From the NCBI GenBank assembly GCA_951406725.2, contig OX597819.1:71114001-71178000 (forward strand): a DNA stretch of 64,000 nucleotides, read 5' to 3'. This document shows, piece after piece, positions 12,961 to 26,674 of the stretch (positions within the stretch are counted from its first letter, which is position 1; the number at the start of each line of letters is the position of its first letter). The notes below the pieces were generated by a model. The model ran no database searches. It saw only the letters and a list, made by a program, of their open reading frames with translations, and was not told the origin of the DNA. The position numbers were made by a program, and so were the translations under genes. The DNA is from Octopus vulgaris (lineage: Eukaryota).

Positions 12961-13269
12961 GAAAAAAAAAGGGGCGAAGGGTGGTTGTGTGCAGAATAGG
13001 AGAGGCATCCGGGCTTAGCCCGTATGTAGCTCGGAGTTCCCATACTCCATTCCGTAACTCTTGTATAGCACTATATTTCGTACATTCGGCAACCCTAGTT
13101 GCCTACCGAGGAATATAAAAAACACCTCTAAGTTCATCGTTCTTCCATAATAAAAAAATAATCCGCAATATTCCGTCTGAATGAACCATTATTGTTTTTT
13201 TTTTATATTCACCACGGATTTGCTCGAAGCTAACTTTCTTCCTACACCTTGATCCTCGGATCATATATA

Positions 13270-13560
13270 TATATATATATATATATAAAACTGAGAATGT
13301 GTGCCTGTCTGTCTGTCAGTGTGTCTCTTAGTGTGCATCACTGCAAATCGAGAACTACCCAACCGATTTCATTTAAATGTTACACATGCCTAACTTAGGG
13401 TCCATGTAGTATCATGGGCAAACAAAATTCGCAAATTCTTGCCTCATGCAAGCCCGGGGCTATCTCTTATATCTTACACTATTTCAGTATTACGTGTCAA
13501 ATGTGAAGCAATAAAATCTCTATTGTAATGTGAGATAATACTTTCACTATTAATACTGAA
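13270..13560 (+). mobile_element. Probable non-autonomous Helitron 5' portion
   Basis: TATATATAAAACTGAGAATGTGTGCCTGTCTGTCTG start with a GTCT microsatellite, like the element at 45585-45875. Confidence 0.4.
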
Positions 13561-13589
13561 ACTATTAAAAGTAGAACTATTATCACACT

Positions 13590-13940
13590 TACATATATAC
13601 ATGCATACACAGACACAAACACATATATTATGTATATATGTATATATATATATACATTTATATATATGCATGTATATAAGTATATACATCTTCACATATA
13701 TGTATATATGTATATATATATGTTTATATATAGATCTATATGGATAGATAGATAGATATGCATACATGTATATATATAGATCTATATGTAGATAAGTATA
13801 TACATACGTGTATATATGCATATATAAATATGTATATATATGTGCATATATATGCGTATATATATGTGTGTATATATATATGTATATACATATATGAATA
13901 TATATTTTTGTATAAATATGTATATTTATGTATATATATA

Positions 13941-13979
<39 letters not shown>

Positions 13980-14013
13980 GTATACATGCATATATGTGCA
14001 CACACATACATGT

Positions 14014-14096
<83 letters not shown>

Positions 14097-14100
14097 TCTA
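13590..14100. repeat. Compound (TA)/(CA)/(GA) microsatellite
   Basis: Read directly. Similar tracts at ~1466-1516, 2128-2232, 7403-7560, 7887-7990, 17100-17180, 18195-18415, 18895-19195, 29177-29332, 44085-44193 and 45398-45580. Confidence 0.95.
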
Positions 14101-14134
14101 TATTTATAATTTTATATGTATAGATGTAAGCTAC

Positions 14135-14500
14135 ACCAATGCTAGAACGGGACGACACTGCATAATGCCAAAGATCCCACCAATGCCATCACGCTTCAGG
14201 ACCAGTTTCTGCAACAGCCTGGGTTTCAAGGGCCCACAGCGTTTTAATATTCTCCCAAAGAGTCTGAGGAACTTGAACAAAGTAGATGTCGCGGTTTTTA
14301 AATCAAAACTGGACATCTTACTGTCAAGAGTCCCAGATGAATCTACCTCACGGCAAGAGGTGCAAATGAGAGTAGCTGTATCAAACTCCATTCTTCACCA
14401 AGTGCCACATATTAGACGAGGTTCGTCGCAATAACAGTGTAGCACAAAACGGCGGTGCATCAGCATGGCCGCAGCTCTGAGCTGAAACTAGAAAGAAAAA
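14135..14500 (+). mobile_element. CR1-superfamily LINE 3' end
   Basis: NSLGFKGPQRFNILPKSLRNL..VAVFKSKLDILLSRVPDE...SNSI is a typical ORF2 C-terminus, followed by a short UTR. Confidence 0.75.
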
Positions 14501-14534
14501 GATGTAGTTGAATAGATGTAAATGTATCTATGTA

Positions 14535-15802
14535 TCATGTCATCCCATAATTTCTGTCCGATTTTACCTTTTTAATGAAATTTAATAGTATTTTAGAATA
14601 TCTAATGGAATTAAAAATTATTTTTATGCATTAGTGTACATTTAAACTAATTAAATATTAATGTACACAATAATAGAATTAAGATTTCTTTGATTAAAAC
14701 CCTTTCTAACATGGAAGTATCCAAAGCGCATTTAAGGCACATAAAGTTTTATGAGTAAAAGAAAAAGGAAACTCTGCAGCTGAAGTGACTTGAAACACAC
14801 TGAGTTTATAGGAAAGAATGCTTGAATGAAAAACTTGCAGAAGATGGTTTGCAAAATTCAGAAGTGGAATTTTTAGCCTTGAGGATGAAGATCGAACAGG
14901 ACGTCAAGTTGAGTTTGATGATAAGCTCCTAGAGGTAATACTTGAAGAAAATCCTGCAGTATCAGTTGCAGAATTGACAATAAAGCTTAGTTCAAACCAT
15001 ACAACTGTTTATCGTCATCTTCAAGAACTAGGAAAGGTTCCTAAACTTGGAAAATATATGCCTCATGAATTGTCCGAAAGCAACCGCAAATCCAGACTTG
15101 ACATCTGATCTTCTCTCCATTCTCGCGAACTCAGTTCACCCATTTTGGATAGACTTGTGAATGGGGACGAAAAATGGATCTTCTAATCGAAATGTTAAAC
15201 GTCGTAAACAGTGGCTTGGTAAAAGGGAAAAAGCTCAACCACAACCGAGAAGGGAACTTCATGGGAAAAAGGTTCTCTCTATCTGGTGGGATTGCAAAGG
15301 AGTAATTCCCTTTGAATTGGTAACACCTAATGCAACAATCAATGCTCAAGTCTACTGTCAGCAATGAGAGCGTTTGAACCAAGCTTTGAAGAAAAATGAC
15401 CCGCTTTAGTGAATCGAAAAGGAGTGATGTTTCATCAGGACAATGCGTGACCCCATATTGCAAAGATCACATCACAGAAGATCGAAGAGTTTGGTTGAGA
15501 AAAAATTTCTCATCCACCTTATTCTCCTGACCTTGCTCCTTCAGACTACCATTTGTTTCGTAGTTTACGGAATCATTTGGGGGACATAACTTTCGCAAGC
15601 CAGGAGGTCGAAACTGACATTTCAGAGTTCTTCGCTTTGAAACCAAAAGAGTTTTACATTGATGGGATTAAAAAGGTGTAAATAGATGGAAGTCATGAAT
15701 AAACAGAAAAAGTACATTGATGATTACATTTCAATTAAATATAACATTTGATCATTTGTTTTCTTTATTCAAAATTCGGACAGAACTTAAAGGATGACCT
15801 GA
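14535..15802 (+). mobile_element. Full-length mariner transposon, decayed
   Basis: TIRs TCATGTCATCCCATAATTTCTGTCCG / CGGACAGAACTTAAAGGATGACCTGA with TA ends; GDEKW, LHGKKVLSIWWDCKG and HPPYSPDLAPSDYHLF motifs. Confidence 0.92.
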
Positions 15803-15807
15803 TATAC

Positions 15808-17082
15808 ACTAGAGGTGTATGAAAAGTCTTGAGCCTCAAAAAAACAAAACATAGTACAAGACTTCTAATGATTTATTTTTCAACATAGTCCCCCTCGATG
15901 GCTGAACACTTTGTCCAGCGGTACTGAAGCGCCATTATCCCAGCGTAGAGGAACTCTTTTGTTGGAGACTCCAAGAAATTTCCTACAGCATCTATGACGT
16001 CATTGTCACTGGCAAAATGGTGACCAGCCAGGGCTTTTTTCATTTTGGGGAATAGATGAAAGTCAGAGGGGGCTAAGTCTGACGAATAAGGCGGATGGGG
16101 GGGTATGTTCATATCCACAATCACGAATTGTTGCCATGGCAACCACTGAGGTTTTGGCTGGAGCATTGTCGTGATGAAAAAGGACTCCTCTGGTGAGCAT
16201 TCCCGGTCATTTTTCTTTGATTGCTTCTCAGAGGCGTTTCAGTAGCTGAGAATAATACAGCCCTGCCACGGTGTGACCCTTTTCAAGGTAATCGATCAGC
16301 AAGACACCTTGAGAATTCCCGAAAACTGACACCGTGACCTTACCAGCTGAAGGAATGACTGGCCTTCTTTAGGGAGGAGAAGATGTGTATTTCCACTGCT
16401 TTGATTGTTCTTTGGCGTCAGGCTGGTAGTGATGAACCTAACTTTCGTCCATAGTAATGAAACGAGCAAGAAAATTCTCTTCATCGACTTCAAACAGTTG
16501 CAGATTGCTTGTGGACAAAGTGCGCCTGGTGCGTTTCTGTACAGGAGTCAAAAGGCGAGGGACCCACCTTGCAGAAACCTTTGAGACCCCAAGTTCTTTT
16601 GTCACAATGTTGTCTGCTCTTTCAGTTTAGATACCCAGTATCTCAGCTATTCGACGATCTTGCATTATCATACCAAGAGTAAGGTCAATCTTGTCCTCTG
16701 TGGTTGCAGTTGGAGGTCTCTCAGGTGTGGAATCATCTTCCACATTCCCCTGCCACGCTGGAATTCATTTACCCAGCGTTTGACTGTTGCATATGAAGGA
16801 GAATTGTCTGTTAAGGTTCTCAACATATCTTCATGAATTTCTGATGGAGTCATGCCTTTCAAATCGAGGTACTTTTTGACAGCGCGATACTCAGTTTTGT
16901 CCATTTTCCTTGTAACCTCGAGACTTGTTTATTCAAAAATCTGAAACAAAAAGATTAAAATAACATAATCAAGAAAATGAACAAGAATACTCCGAAAGAC
17001 TGTACGTACCAGAAAAAATGTTTCAGATACCTAGCAGCCATGTTTCCAAGTTAGGCTTAAAACGTTTCATACACCCTTCGCA
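15808..17082 (-). mobile_element. Mariner transposon (irritans-like), decayed
   Basis: Degenerate TIRs (gaggtgtatgaaaagtcttgagcct / aggcttaaaacgtttcatacacccttcg); MDKTEYRAV...SPSYATVKRW and HPPYSSDLAPSDFHLFPKMK...GDYVEK. Confidence 0.9.
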
Positions 17083-17113
17083 TATAGATGTATATATAGA
17101 GATTTGTATGTAT

Positions 17114-17180
<67 letters not shown>

Positions 17181-17181
<1 letters not shown>

Positions 17182-18160
17182 CGAATTAGGATAGGTTTTT
17201 CTAACACAAAAAATCTTTCACAGATCATCTCTTCATATAACAATAAGTTGTTAAATACAAATCCACTTAATGAAAATGCTAACATCTTTTTTGTTAACAC
17301 TAACCATTCTTCAAATAATAATAACAACAGGGTTATTATTTCTGAAGTCGACTCCAATTGCATTCGTTTTTTTAACAGTAATTCTAAAACTAGAAACACT
17401 CTTTATTAATGTAAAATTACTTCTGGGTCTGACGTCTTTTTTTATATAGGTTGTTGTTAATCTCAGTTAATTAAAAGAATATCTAATCATTACTCTACAT
17501 TTAGGCATATCAATAAACGTAACAATACTGGGCTTAGTAAATTAATCTGGTATCTAAAAGAGCATGATAAATAATTTGATTTGGAATGGAACATTCTCTC
17601 TATTTCTTTACTGTATGACAAAGGTAAATCTTTTTGTTCGCTTTGTAATAGTGAAATGTTTTTTTATCCTATGCTCAAAGAATCTCCTTGTAAAGACGTT
17701 TATAGAATGCGTTTATCACTGCAAACATTAGCAGAAATATACCTTTAGTTCCTATAAGTGATTTCTACCATTCTATAAAACTCGACCTTTGACAGTCTTC
17801 TTACATTTCACTACCACTAAGTATATCTACTCCCATGCCTTTAAGCTTTATTCTAATTCACCTATCGCTCTAAATCTCTTCACTATTAGTTTACTGCTAA
17901 TTTCTTCCTTTCGCCTCCTTCTTTTTCTATAAACTACCTTTGACGTTATATCTATTAACAGTTCTTTAAAAAAAAACCCAACTTTATAGCGTTCCCTTCA
18001 TTATATACAGAGTCATCTCATTCTGTTGAAATGTCTTATTGGGTGTTTGGTTTCTTTCTTTCCCTCATGAGAAGATTGCATTGTTTCATACCATTTTATT
18101 CTTTCTGGAATAATACCAATGTTATCTTCGAAACATATGTCGGAAGTAAAAGAATTTGAA
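17181..18160 (+). mobile_element. Penelope-like element 3' remnant (GIY-YIG endonuclease and tail with mutated hammerhead)
   Basis: IGFSNTKNLSQIISSYNNKLL...FFYIG...KRISNHYSTFR...TGLSKLIW..K...LEWNIL...CSLCNSE; hammerhead remnant CTCATGA...GAAACATATGTC at ~18060-18150. Confidence 0.8.
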
Positions 18161-18227
18161 TAACACCTGCGTTTAACTCTATTTATTTATCCATATATAC
18201 ATATATATAACCAATATGTATATAGAC

Positions 18228-18306
<79 letters not shown>

Positions 18307-18315
18307 TATATATAC

Positions 18316-18408
<93 letters not shown>

Positions 18409-18942
18409 TATATATAATGTTGTTGTTAGCATCCTTTTGTCTCGGGAGACAATGGAGATGAGCATAAAAAAGTCTGGGTTTTACATTTCATGTCATTTAC
18501 ATCTCCTGCTGCTACCCCAACCATGTTTTTTCTGCCACTTTTTACAACAGCATTGAAGTGTCCTCTCCAGTTTCCTCTCCAGTTTTGCGCAGGCCTGAGT
18601 TAGATGTAAGAAAATCCTGGGTAGCCCAATCGTCAGGATTCCTCTCTCGACCTTGCTGACGTAGTTCAAAGTAGTGCAGAGCATTACGTTTGTATCGAAT
18701 CGAAGAGTGTCGAGTCGAATACTAAACCGCCTACAGGTCTCCACTCCGGATTTCTTTGAAGGTTGTCTCCTTTCCGTAACACTGGGTGGGGGCCCATACC
18801 GGGTGCTGTCAGCCGGAGCCAGCTGAGCCCGGGATTCGTGTCTGGCAGGGTCGTCAATTCCTGAAGTAGTAGAGGAAATCGCTACCCACTACCTATATAT
18901 AATGTATATATACATATATACATATGGATATATATATACACA

Positions 18943-19016
<74 letters not shown>

Positions 19017-19067
19017 TACATATATATATGCATGTATAAATGTGTATATACATAGATATATAATTAA

Positions 19068-19109
<42 letters not shown>

Positions 19110-19274
19110 TTATATACACGGACAACACAAATACACACACACACAAACACAAACACACACACAAATATAAACACACACACACACATACATATATATTGTG
19201 TCTGAGGAGAGTCATTCTCTTTAAGCGCCTTATTATATATATGTATGCGTGTATTGCAAGATAGATGTAAAAAG

Positions 19275-19432
19275 ATAGGCTTCCACACAGTTTCTCTGTA
19301 CTATTAATAAATTCACTCACAAGGCTTAGGGTGGCCTGGAAATATAACCGAAGGCACTTGCCATATGGTGCCATGTTGTGGGACTGAAGCTAAAACCATG
19401 CGGATGCAAAGGGAGCTTCTTCACCACACAGC
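19275..19432 (-). mobile_element. Octopus-type tRNA-derived SINE
   Basis: Minus strand GCTGTGTGGTGAAGAAGCT...TTCAGTCCCAC...GGCACC..GGCAAGTGCCTTC...AAGCCTTGTGAGTGAATTT...GAAACTGTGTGGAAGCC resembles, from memory, the abundant octopus SINE. Confidence 0.75.
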
Positions 19433-19641
19433 TTTGTCCGGACATGTTATCTACTTCACTGCAATTCATGTTAAGAGAGTGAAAGGAGAGAAAGCAGTTA
19501 ATGTGCAGCTATTCAAGCATAAGATATGCAGAAATCAACAATAGAAATAACGTCGATTACTGAGATAAGGCGAAGGAAAGGGAAATTTTAATATCTTACG
19601 TCATAGAGATAGATTAACTTTGCGTGTATAAACATGTACTT

Positions 19642-19679
<38 letters not shown>

Positions 19680-19683
<4 letters not shown>

Positions 19684-20537
19684 TAGTTGAATGAATTATC
19701 TTAGTATGGATAATTCGGTTAACCGATACCTGGGTAGCAAATTCACGTCAGAAAAACACGGTTGAAGCTACATGCCAAGGGCAGAGATCACGTGCTTTCG
19801 TGTGGAAATTTGTGTTTTTTTAAATACAAATAAATGAAAGAATGGAGTTGAACGACGATTTAACAAAATTCCTTTATTCTCGACATATGTTTCGAAGGCT
19901 GCATGTTCCTAATTTCGAAGGAATAAGGGGTGCATTATGCCGCCTTCTCATCAGGAAAAACAAGGAACTTATGTCAGCATCAAGATGAACAAAAGCTCTT
20001 AGATGACTGCCCACACGGAGCCCATAGCGATAATGAGTGTTTCTTTAAAATATTCCGTTATAAGTAGTGACGTCAAAAATGGTTGAATTTAGAAGATTCT
20101 GGAGAGCTCAAGGGTTCAAACTAGGTTGGAGGAGAGATGTCTAAGAATAGGAAGGTGACAGGGTGCAAGTCATATGAATGGTGATTTGTTGTTGTTTTCT
20201 TTTGTGATTGAGTGTCTATGTGTGTACCGATGTCTTCTACATTGGGGCAACTACTTCTAAATTAGCCCAGAGGATCTCCAATCATTACTCAACGTTCCGA
20301 GATAAGAGAAAACCACAAAGCACAGGACTAAGTAAATTAATTTGGCGTCTTAAGGACAGCAATACAACTTTCAAGCTGGAATGGTCCATATTGTCTGTAT
20401 CCTTTCCGTTTGATAAGGGCAGAAAATTTTGTGGCGTCTGTAATTCCGAACTTTTCCATATATTGTTCGCCAAATTCCCTTTAATTAATACAATGATTGA
20501 AAAATCCTATAGGTGCATGCACAGGCAGAAACACACC
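19680..20537. mobile_element. Penelope-like remnant: inverted pseudo-LTR plus GIY-YIG fragment (20225-20537 +)
   Basis: 19680-20030 is a reverse-complement homolog of 5300-5650; VFYIGATTSKLAQRISNH...TGLSKLIWRLK...CGVCNSE...CMHRQKH. Confidence 0.8.
19871..19965 (-). ncRNA. Type I hammerhead ribozyme
   Basis: Minus strand ccttgtttttc-CTGATGA-gaaggc...gccttc-GAAA-catatg-TC-gagaataaagg; stem II pairs even better than in the 5362 copy. Confidence 0.8.
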
Positions 20538-22012
20538 TTTCACTCAAGGAACATGATTAGCTTCTTGCAGACTATTCGTTCCATGACTTTGCTGATGTGT
20601 GAGGTCAGAGAGATAGGCCTATAATTTTTAGCATCTACTCTGCTACCTCCCTTATGGATAGGGCATATTACCCTTTCTTTCAATTTGACTGGGAGCTTAC
20701 CACTTGCAAGAAAGCTCTGAAAAAGAAGCTGTAGCGATTTTGCAAGGGCTCGTTTGCACGATTTGAGAAGGATCGCTGGAAATCCATCAGGTCCAGCAGC
20801 TGAGTTTGTGTCAATCTCATCTATGGCTAGTGTGATATCAGCATCTTCAATGTTGATGTACTCAATTTTTGCCTCTTTGGCCGTAGGTAAAGTGGCAAAG
20901 AATTCTTCTGGGTTGTTTACTTGCCTGTGTCCTAGAGGTGTAATGAACACACTTTGGAATTGTTCGTTCAGTATTTCACTTATCCTCGTGGGATTTCCTG
21001 TGAGAGAGCCATCTTTTTGGAAGAGAGGTCCTATTTTCTGGTGCACTGTGGCTGTCTCTTTGGCAAACTTAAAGAAAGCTTTAGGGTTTGATTTTATATT
21101 TTCTATTACCCAAGCTTCTTTATTTGCTCTCTCCTTTTCATGGGACTGATGCAGACTTTTCTCAATTTCCATTAGCATTCTCTCGAGCCGATACTTCTCA
21201 CCACTTTTGGTGTGCTTGCTCAGGCGGTTCGCAATCCTTGTCCGTCGTCTCATAAGAATCTTCCTTTCTCTAGGGATCCTGTTTTTGTTTTTGTGTTGCT
21301 GGCCCTGCACACTGGGACATATTTGTCACATATGGCTTGTATTATGGACATGAAGTGTTTGTGTTTCATGTTAATGTCCGGTGTGGAGAGACATTTAGGC
21401 CAATCCTGTTTGAGGATCTCTTTCTCAATCAAATTCCAGTTTGCTTTATGAAAGTTTAAGTTGGAGAGATGGTGGATGCTTCGTATAGGCTGTGTGTCTA
21501 CGGGGGATTTTTGTCCATACATAGACAGCTCTATTATGTTGTGATCCGAGATCATTGTCGGCATCACTTTAACATTATGGATAATATTCATATTGTTTGT
21601 GAAGCAGAGATCCAGTATATTATCTGCCCTTGTTGGTTGTAGAACTATTTGCTCCGTGAAAGACGCATTTGTGAGATGGAGCAGAGACTCTGCCTGCGCC
21701 TGCTGATGATGTGTCATCCCTGAGAGCATCTGTTCCCCAGGCCATTCCACATTGGGGAAGTTAAAGTCATCCATGAAGAATACACTGTTGTGTTGTTCAA
21801 GATTGGTGAGGACTTCTATTTTTGTTAGGCAGTCTTCAAACATGCATGAGTGATTTGGGGCATCTGGTGGGCGATATGTAGTGCATATGACGATATTCAG
21901 TTGTCTTATGTGTACAATTTGGGTGTCACACACTGAGTTTGAATATGACAACAGGACCTGGGGAGTGAGGTCATCTCGGATGTACATTGCAACTCCACCA
22001 TGGCTCCTCTCT
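20538..22012 (-). mobile_element. CR1-superfamily LINE ORF2 fragment (APE endonuclease and RT N-terminus)
   Basis: GGVAMYIR, YRPP, DFNFP, PTRADNILDLCFTN, SDH (APE); AAGPDGFP...NYRPISLTSHISKVMERIV (RT); one frameshift. Confidence 0.9.
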
Positions 22013-22050
22013 TTTATATATATATTATGATAATAATAATAATAATAATA

Positions 22051-23936
22051 ATGGACATCTTCAAAATTTCCCCTGTGATTTCAAACTTCCTGAAGCACAA
22101 TATGTCGTTGTGGAATACGAATCTCCAATTATATCACTCTAATGGAGTACTTGCCTCAGAAAATATAAACATCAACTGTGGAATTTTTCAAGGTGACTCA
22201 CTTTCACCTTTAATATTCTGCATAGCCCTAATACCCCTTACAAGTGAATTAAACAGAACAGGGTATGGGTATAAAATTGCCAATAAAAAAATAAGCCATC
22301 TATTTTATATGGTTGACTTAAAACTTTATGGTAAAGACAATAATGAACTTGAAGGCCTATTGCGCACCGTGAAAGCATTCAGCGATGACATCGGGATGGA
22401 GTTTGGACTTGAGAAGTGTGCCAAGGCCACTTTCCAGAAAGGGAAAATGAAGACCACAAATTCAGTCGTGTTAGATGTTGACACAGTCATAAGAGAGCTT
22501 GAGCAAGAACAAACATACAAATATTTAGGGATAAATGAAGGCTCTGGTATTCAGCATGCAAGCATGAAAGAGAAAATCAGGAAGGAATGTTATAGGAGAG
22601 TTCGTGCAGTCCTGAAATCTGAACTAAATGCACATAACAGGGTGTTAGCTATAAATTCCTTAGCAGTTCCAGTTGTTACTTATAGCTACAATGTGTTGAA
22701 CTGGAATATGAGTGAAGTAAAGAATATAGATAGGAAAATACGCAAGCTGCTGAGTTGTAATGGGATGCACCACCCAAAGGCAGACGTAGATCGCCTTTAC
22801 CTTCTCAGAGCCCAAGGAGGTCGAGGCCTGATCCAATTTGAACTAGCTTACAAAACAACCACAATTGGACTGGCCAAATATCTCGAAATATCGAATGACT
22901 GGATGCTAAAGCTCGTGGAAAATCACGAGAGACGAAAGAAGCTTCATTCTATCATCAAGGAAAGCAAAACATTTGCTATTGATCTCGTGCAGGATACCCA
23001 AACAGAACAACCCGAGGGAAGTACGGCAACTATTGTTGCAAAGAAGGTGAAAATGATGGCAATGAAAAAAGCGCACGAGCAATTGGCTGATAGGTGGGAG
23101 GAGAAACCTCTGCACGGCAAATATGTGACCCGTAGCAAACAAGCTGATGTTGAGCAGAAGCAAACCCATCAGTGGCTACGGAACTCAGGGCTAAAAGCAG
23201 AGAGCAAAGGTTTCATCCTGGCTGCTCAAGATCAAAGCCTATTAACCCGGAACTACCAGGCCAATGTGATGAAAAATGGAGCAGACCCAAAATGCCGATT
23301 CTGCAACGACATGATTGAAACAGTGGACCACCTAATCTCTGGATGTAAAGTCTTAGCACCAGTGGAGTATAAATTAAGACATGACAGAGTTGGCCAATAT
23401 CTCCACTGGCTAATAAGTCGGCATTACAATATCAAAACTGCCGACAAGTGGTATAATCACCACCCTGAGGCTGTAACTGAAGGAGAAAATGTAACCATTC
23501 TGTGGGACTTTCTAGTACATACAGACCGAACCATCAAGGCCAATAAACCAGATATTGTTGTGAAAGACCAAAACAATAAAGTTTGCTTATTGATCGACAT
23601 GAGCATCCCCTGTGATCATAATATCTCAGCGAAAGAGTTTGACAAGCTCAGAAAATATAAAGACCTACTCATTGAAATTGAGAAAATGTGGCATCTCAAG
23701 GCGGTTACAATACCAGTGATCGTAGGAGCACTAGGAATGATCAAGAAGGGAACCGAAAATTATATGAGAATGATCCCTGGCTTACCATCCCTGCAAGAAG
23801 TGCAAAAGATTGTCTTAACTGGTACATCACACGTATTGAGAAGAGCATTGTCGATGTGAGAACTGTTGCTGCTCATGTATTTTAATAAAGACACTCGGCA
23901 AGAAATGGAAGCAAATTTGAAAGAAGAAAAAAAAAA

Positions 23937-23937
<1 letters not shown>
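22051..23937 (+). mobile_element. R4-clade (Dong/Rex6-like) retrotransposon, 5'-truncated, family A; open RT + CCHC + RLE ORF ending at 23859
   Basis: GIFQGDSLSP, YMVD (mutated YMDD), CRFC..ETVDHLISGC, RHD, KPDIVVKD..LIDMSIP; flanked by (TAA)n on both sides. Confidence 0.93.
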
Positions 23938-24024
<87 letters not shown>

Positions 24025-24037
24025 GAAGAAGAAGAAG

Positions 24038-24616
<579 letters not shown>

Positions 24617-24653
24617 GTTACGGCATTTAATAATAAATGTTACGGCAAAACGA

Positions 24654-26369
24654 TCAGCCACCTTTTATATATGGATGACCTAAAACTATACGCTGCAAAT
24701 GACAAACAGCTGGAAACACTATTAAAGACAGTTCATGGATTTACCAAAGAAATAGATATTAAATTTGGATTAGAAAAATGCGCCAAAGTAACCATGAAAA
24801 GAGGAAAACTAGTTAAGAGTAACAACATCACACTAGATAAAACCAATGAAATAAAAGAATTAGACCAAAGCCAAACTTACAAATACTTAGGAATCCATGA
24901 ACTAGATAAGACACAACACACACAAATGAAAGAGAAAATAAAAAAAGAATATTATAGACGAGTTAGATCAATACTAAAAACAGAGCTCAATGCTAAAAAC
25001 AAGATAATAGGTATCAACACTTTAGCTGTCCCAGTTATAAGTTACAGCTACAATATCCTTAACTGGACACGAAGTGAACTGTCCAAAATAGATAGGAAAA
25101 CAAGAAAAATAATGACAGGATCTAGGATGCATCACCCAAAATCTGACATAGAAAGACTATATGTACAACGTATAGAAGGTGGTAGAGGCCTTATACAGCT
25201 GGAAAACTACTATAAAATAACCACCATAGGACTGCAAAAATATCTACTTCAGAAGGAAGGAAACTGATCCAGATAGCGGCAAAACACGAGCAAAACAAAA
25301 AACTGTTCTCAGTATTTAAGGAAGCTGACAAATACAAACAAGAAATCATACCACCTAATAAACATGAAGAAGAAGAAGAAGAAGAAGAAGAAGAAGAAGA
25401 AGAAGAAGAAGAAGAAGAAGAAGAAGAAGAAGAAACAACAAAAGCTATAAAACAAATTAAATCCAAACTAAAAATAGAACAGCAACGAACCATGATAAAA
25501 CGATGGCAAGAAAAGCCCCTTCATGGTAAATACAGGACTAAACTAAATGCAAAAGAAATAGACAAAGAAAAATCCCAGCAATGGTTGAGAAGCTCAGGAC
25601 TCAAAGCAGAAACAGAGGGATTTTTAATTGCAGCACAAGACCAAAGCCTCCCCACCAGAAATTACCAAAAACATGTAATGAAAAGAAATATTACAAGTAA
25701 CTGCAGAATATGTGGAGATGGACAAGAAACAATAAATCATATTATCTCTAGCTGCTCAGTCCTGGCTAAGAAGGAATATATTCACAGACATGACAGAGTT
25801 GGAACCTACATACATTGGAAGCTATGCCAACATTATGGAATAACAACAGAAAAAAGATGGTATAGGCACACACCAGAAAAGGTCATAGAAAACGAGAAAG
25901 CAACCATACTCTGGGATATGCCGATACACACAGATAGAGAAATTAAGGCCAACAGACCAGATATAGTTGTCAGAGATCATGAAGAAAAAAAATGCTTTCT
26001 AATTGATGTATCAATACCGGCAGATGACAACGTGTCTCTAAAAGAAATAGAGAAACTCTCAAAATACAAAGACCTGGAAATAGAGGTAACTAGAATGTGG
26101 AATCTGAAAACAGAAACAATTCCTATCATAGTAGGTGCATTAGGCATGATAAAAAGATATTCAGACAAATACATAACAAAAACACCAGGACTTACAAACA
26201 CATATAACATACAGAAAATTGCACTACTAGGCACTGCACACATCCTACGCAGAACACTTTCCATACAATAACCATCAGAGCATCACAACAAATCACAGCA
26301 CATACCCAAGGCACACAGAGCTGCGCTCGGTAGTGAAGTGAAAGCACGCTATAAAAATAAAACTACTGA
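24654..26369 (+). mobile_element. R4/Dong-like retrotransposon, 5'-truncated, family C
   Basis: YMDDLKLY, CRICG..ETINHIISSC, HRHD, NRPDIVVRD..LIDVSIP; one frameshift near 25260; internal (GAA)n; followed by (TAA)n. Confidence 0.93.
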
Positions 26370-26423
26370 ATAATAATAATAATAATAATAATCATAATGA
26401 TAATAATAATAATAATAATAATG

Positions 26424-26454
<31 letters not shown>

Positions 26455-26459
<5 letters not shown>

Positions 26460-26620
26460 GATGAATTACAGAATTTGAATAATTTTATCGATGAATTGAG
26501 CGAACATCTGCAAGAAACGCAAGAACATTAGAAATTGAGAAGTAAACTATTGCTACAAAAAATGGTAAAAACACATTTGAAAAGAAATAGTAACTACCTT
26601 TATAATTTGTATAAAGTTTA
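26455..26620. repeat. Dispersed repeat; inverted homolog of 47093-47432
   Basis: Its reverse complement matches aaaggtatttactatttc...gtagcaatagtttacttttc...gatgtttgctcaattaatcgataaaattattc at 47.1-47.4 kb, which carries an extra insert. Confidence 0.65.
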
Positions 26621-26674
26621 CAATTTTATTTATATTTTAAAATTTAAAAATAATAATAATAATAATAATAAAGA

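Noticed and set aside
13474-14158. Many ORF-track entries rich in YI, CV, HT, poly-I, poly-Y or poly-N
   Set aside because: They are translations of (TA)n, (TG)n and (TAA)n microsatellites.
20754-21149. Antisense ORFs over LINE, Dong and mariner coding regions
   Set aside because: Shadow frames of TE ORFs with no independent motifs.
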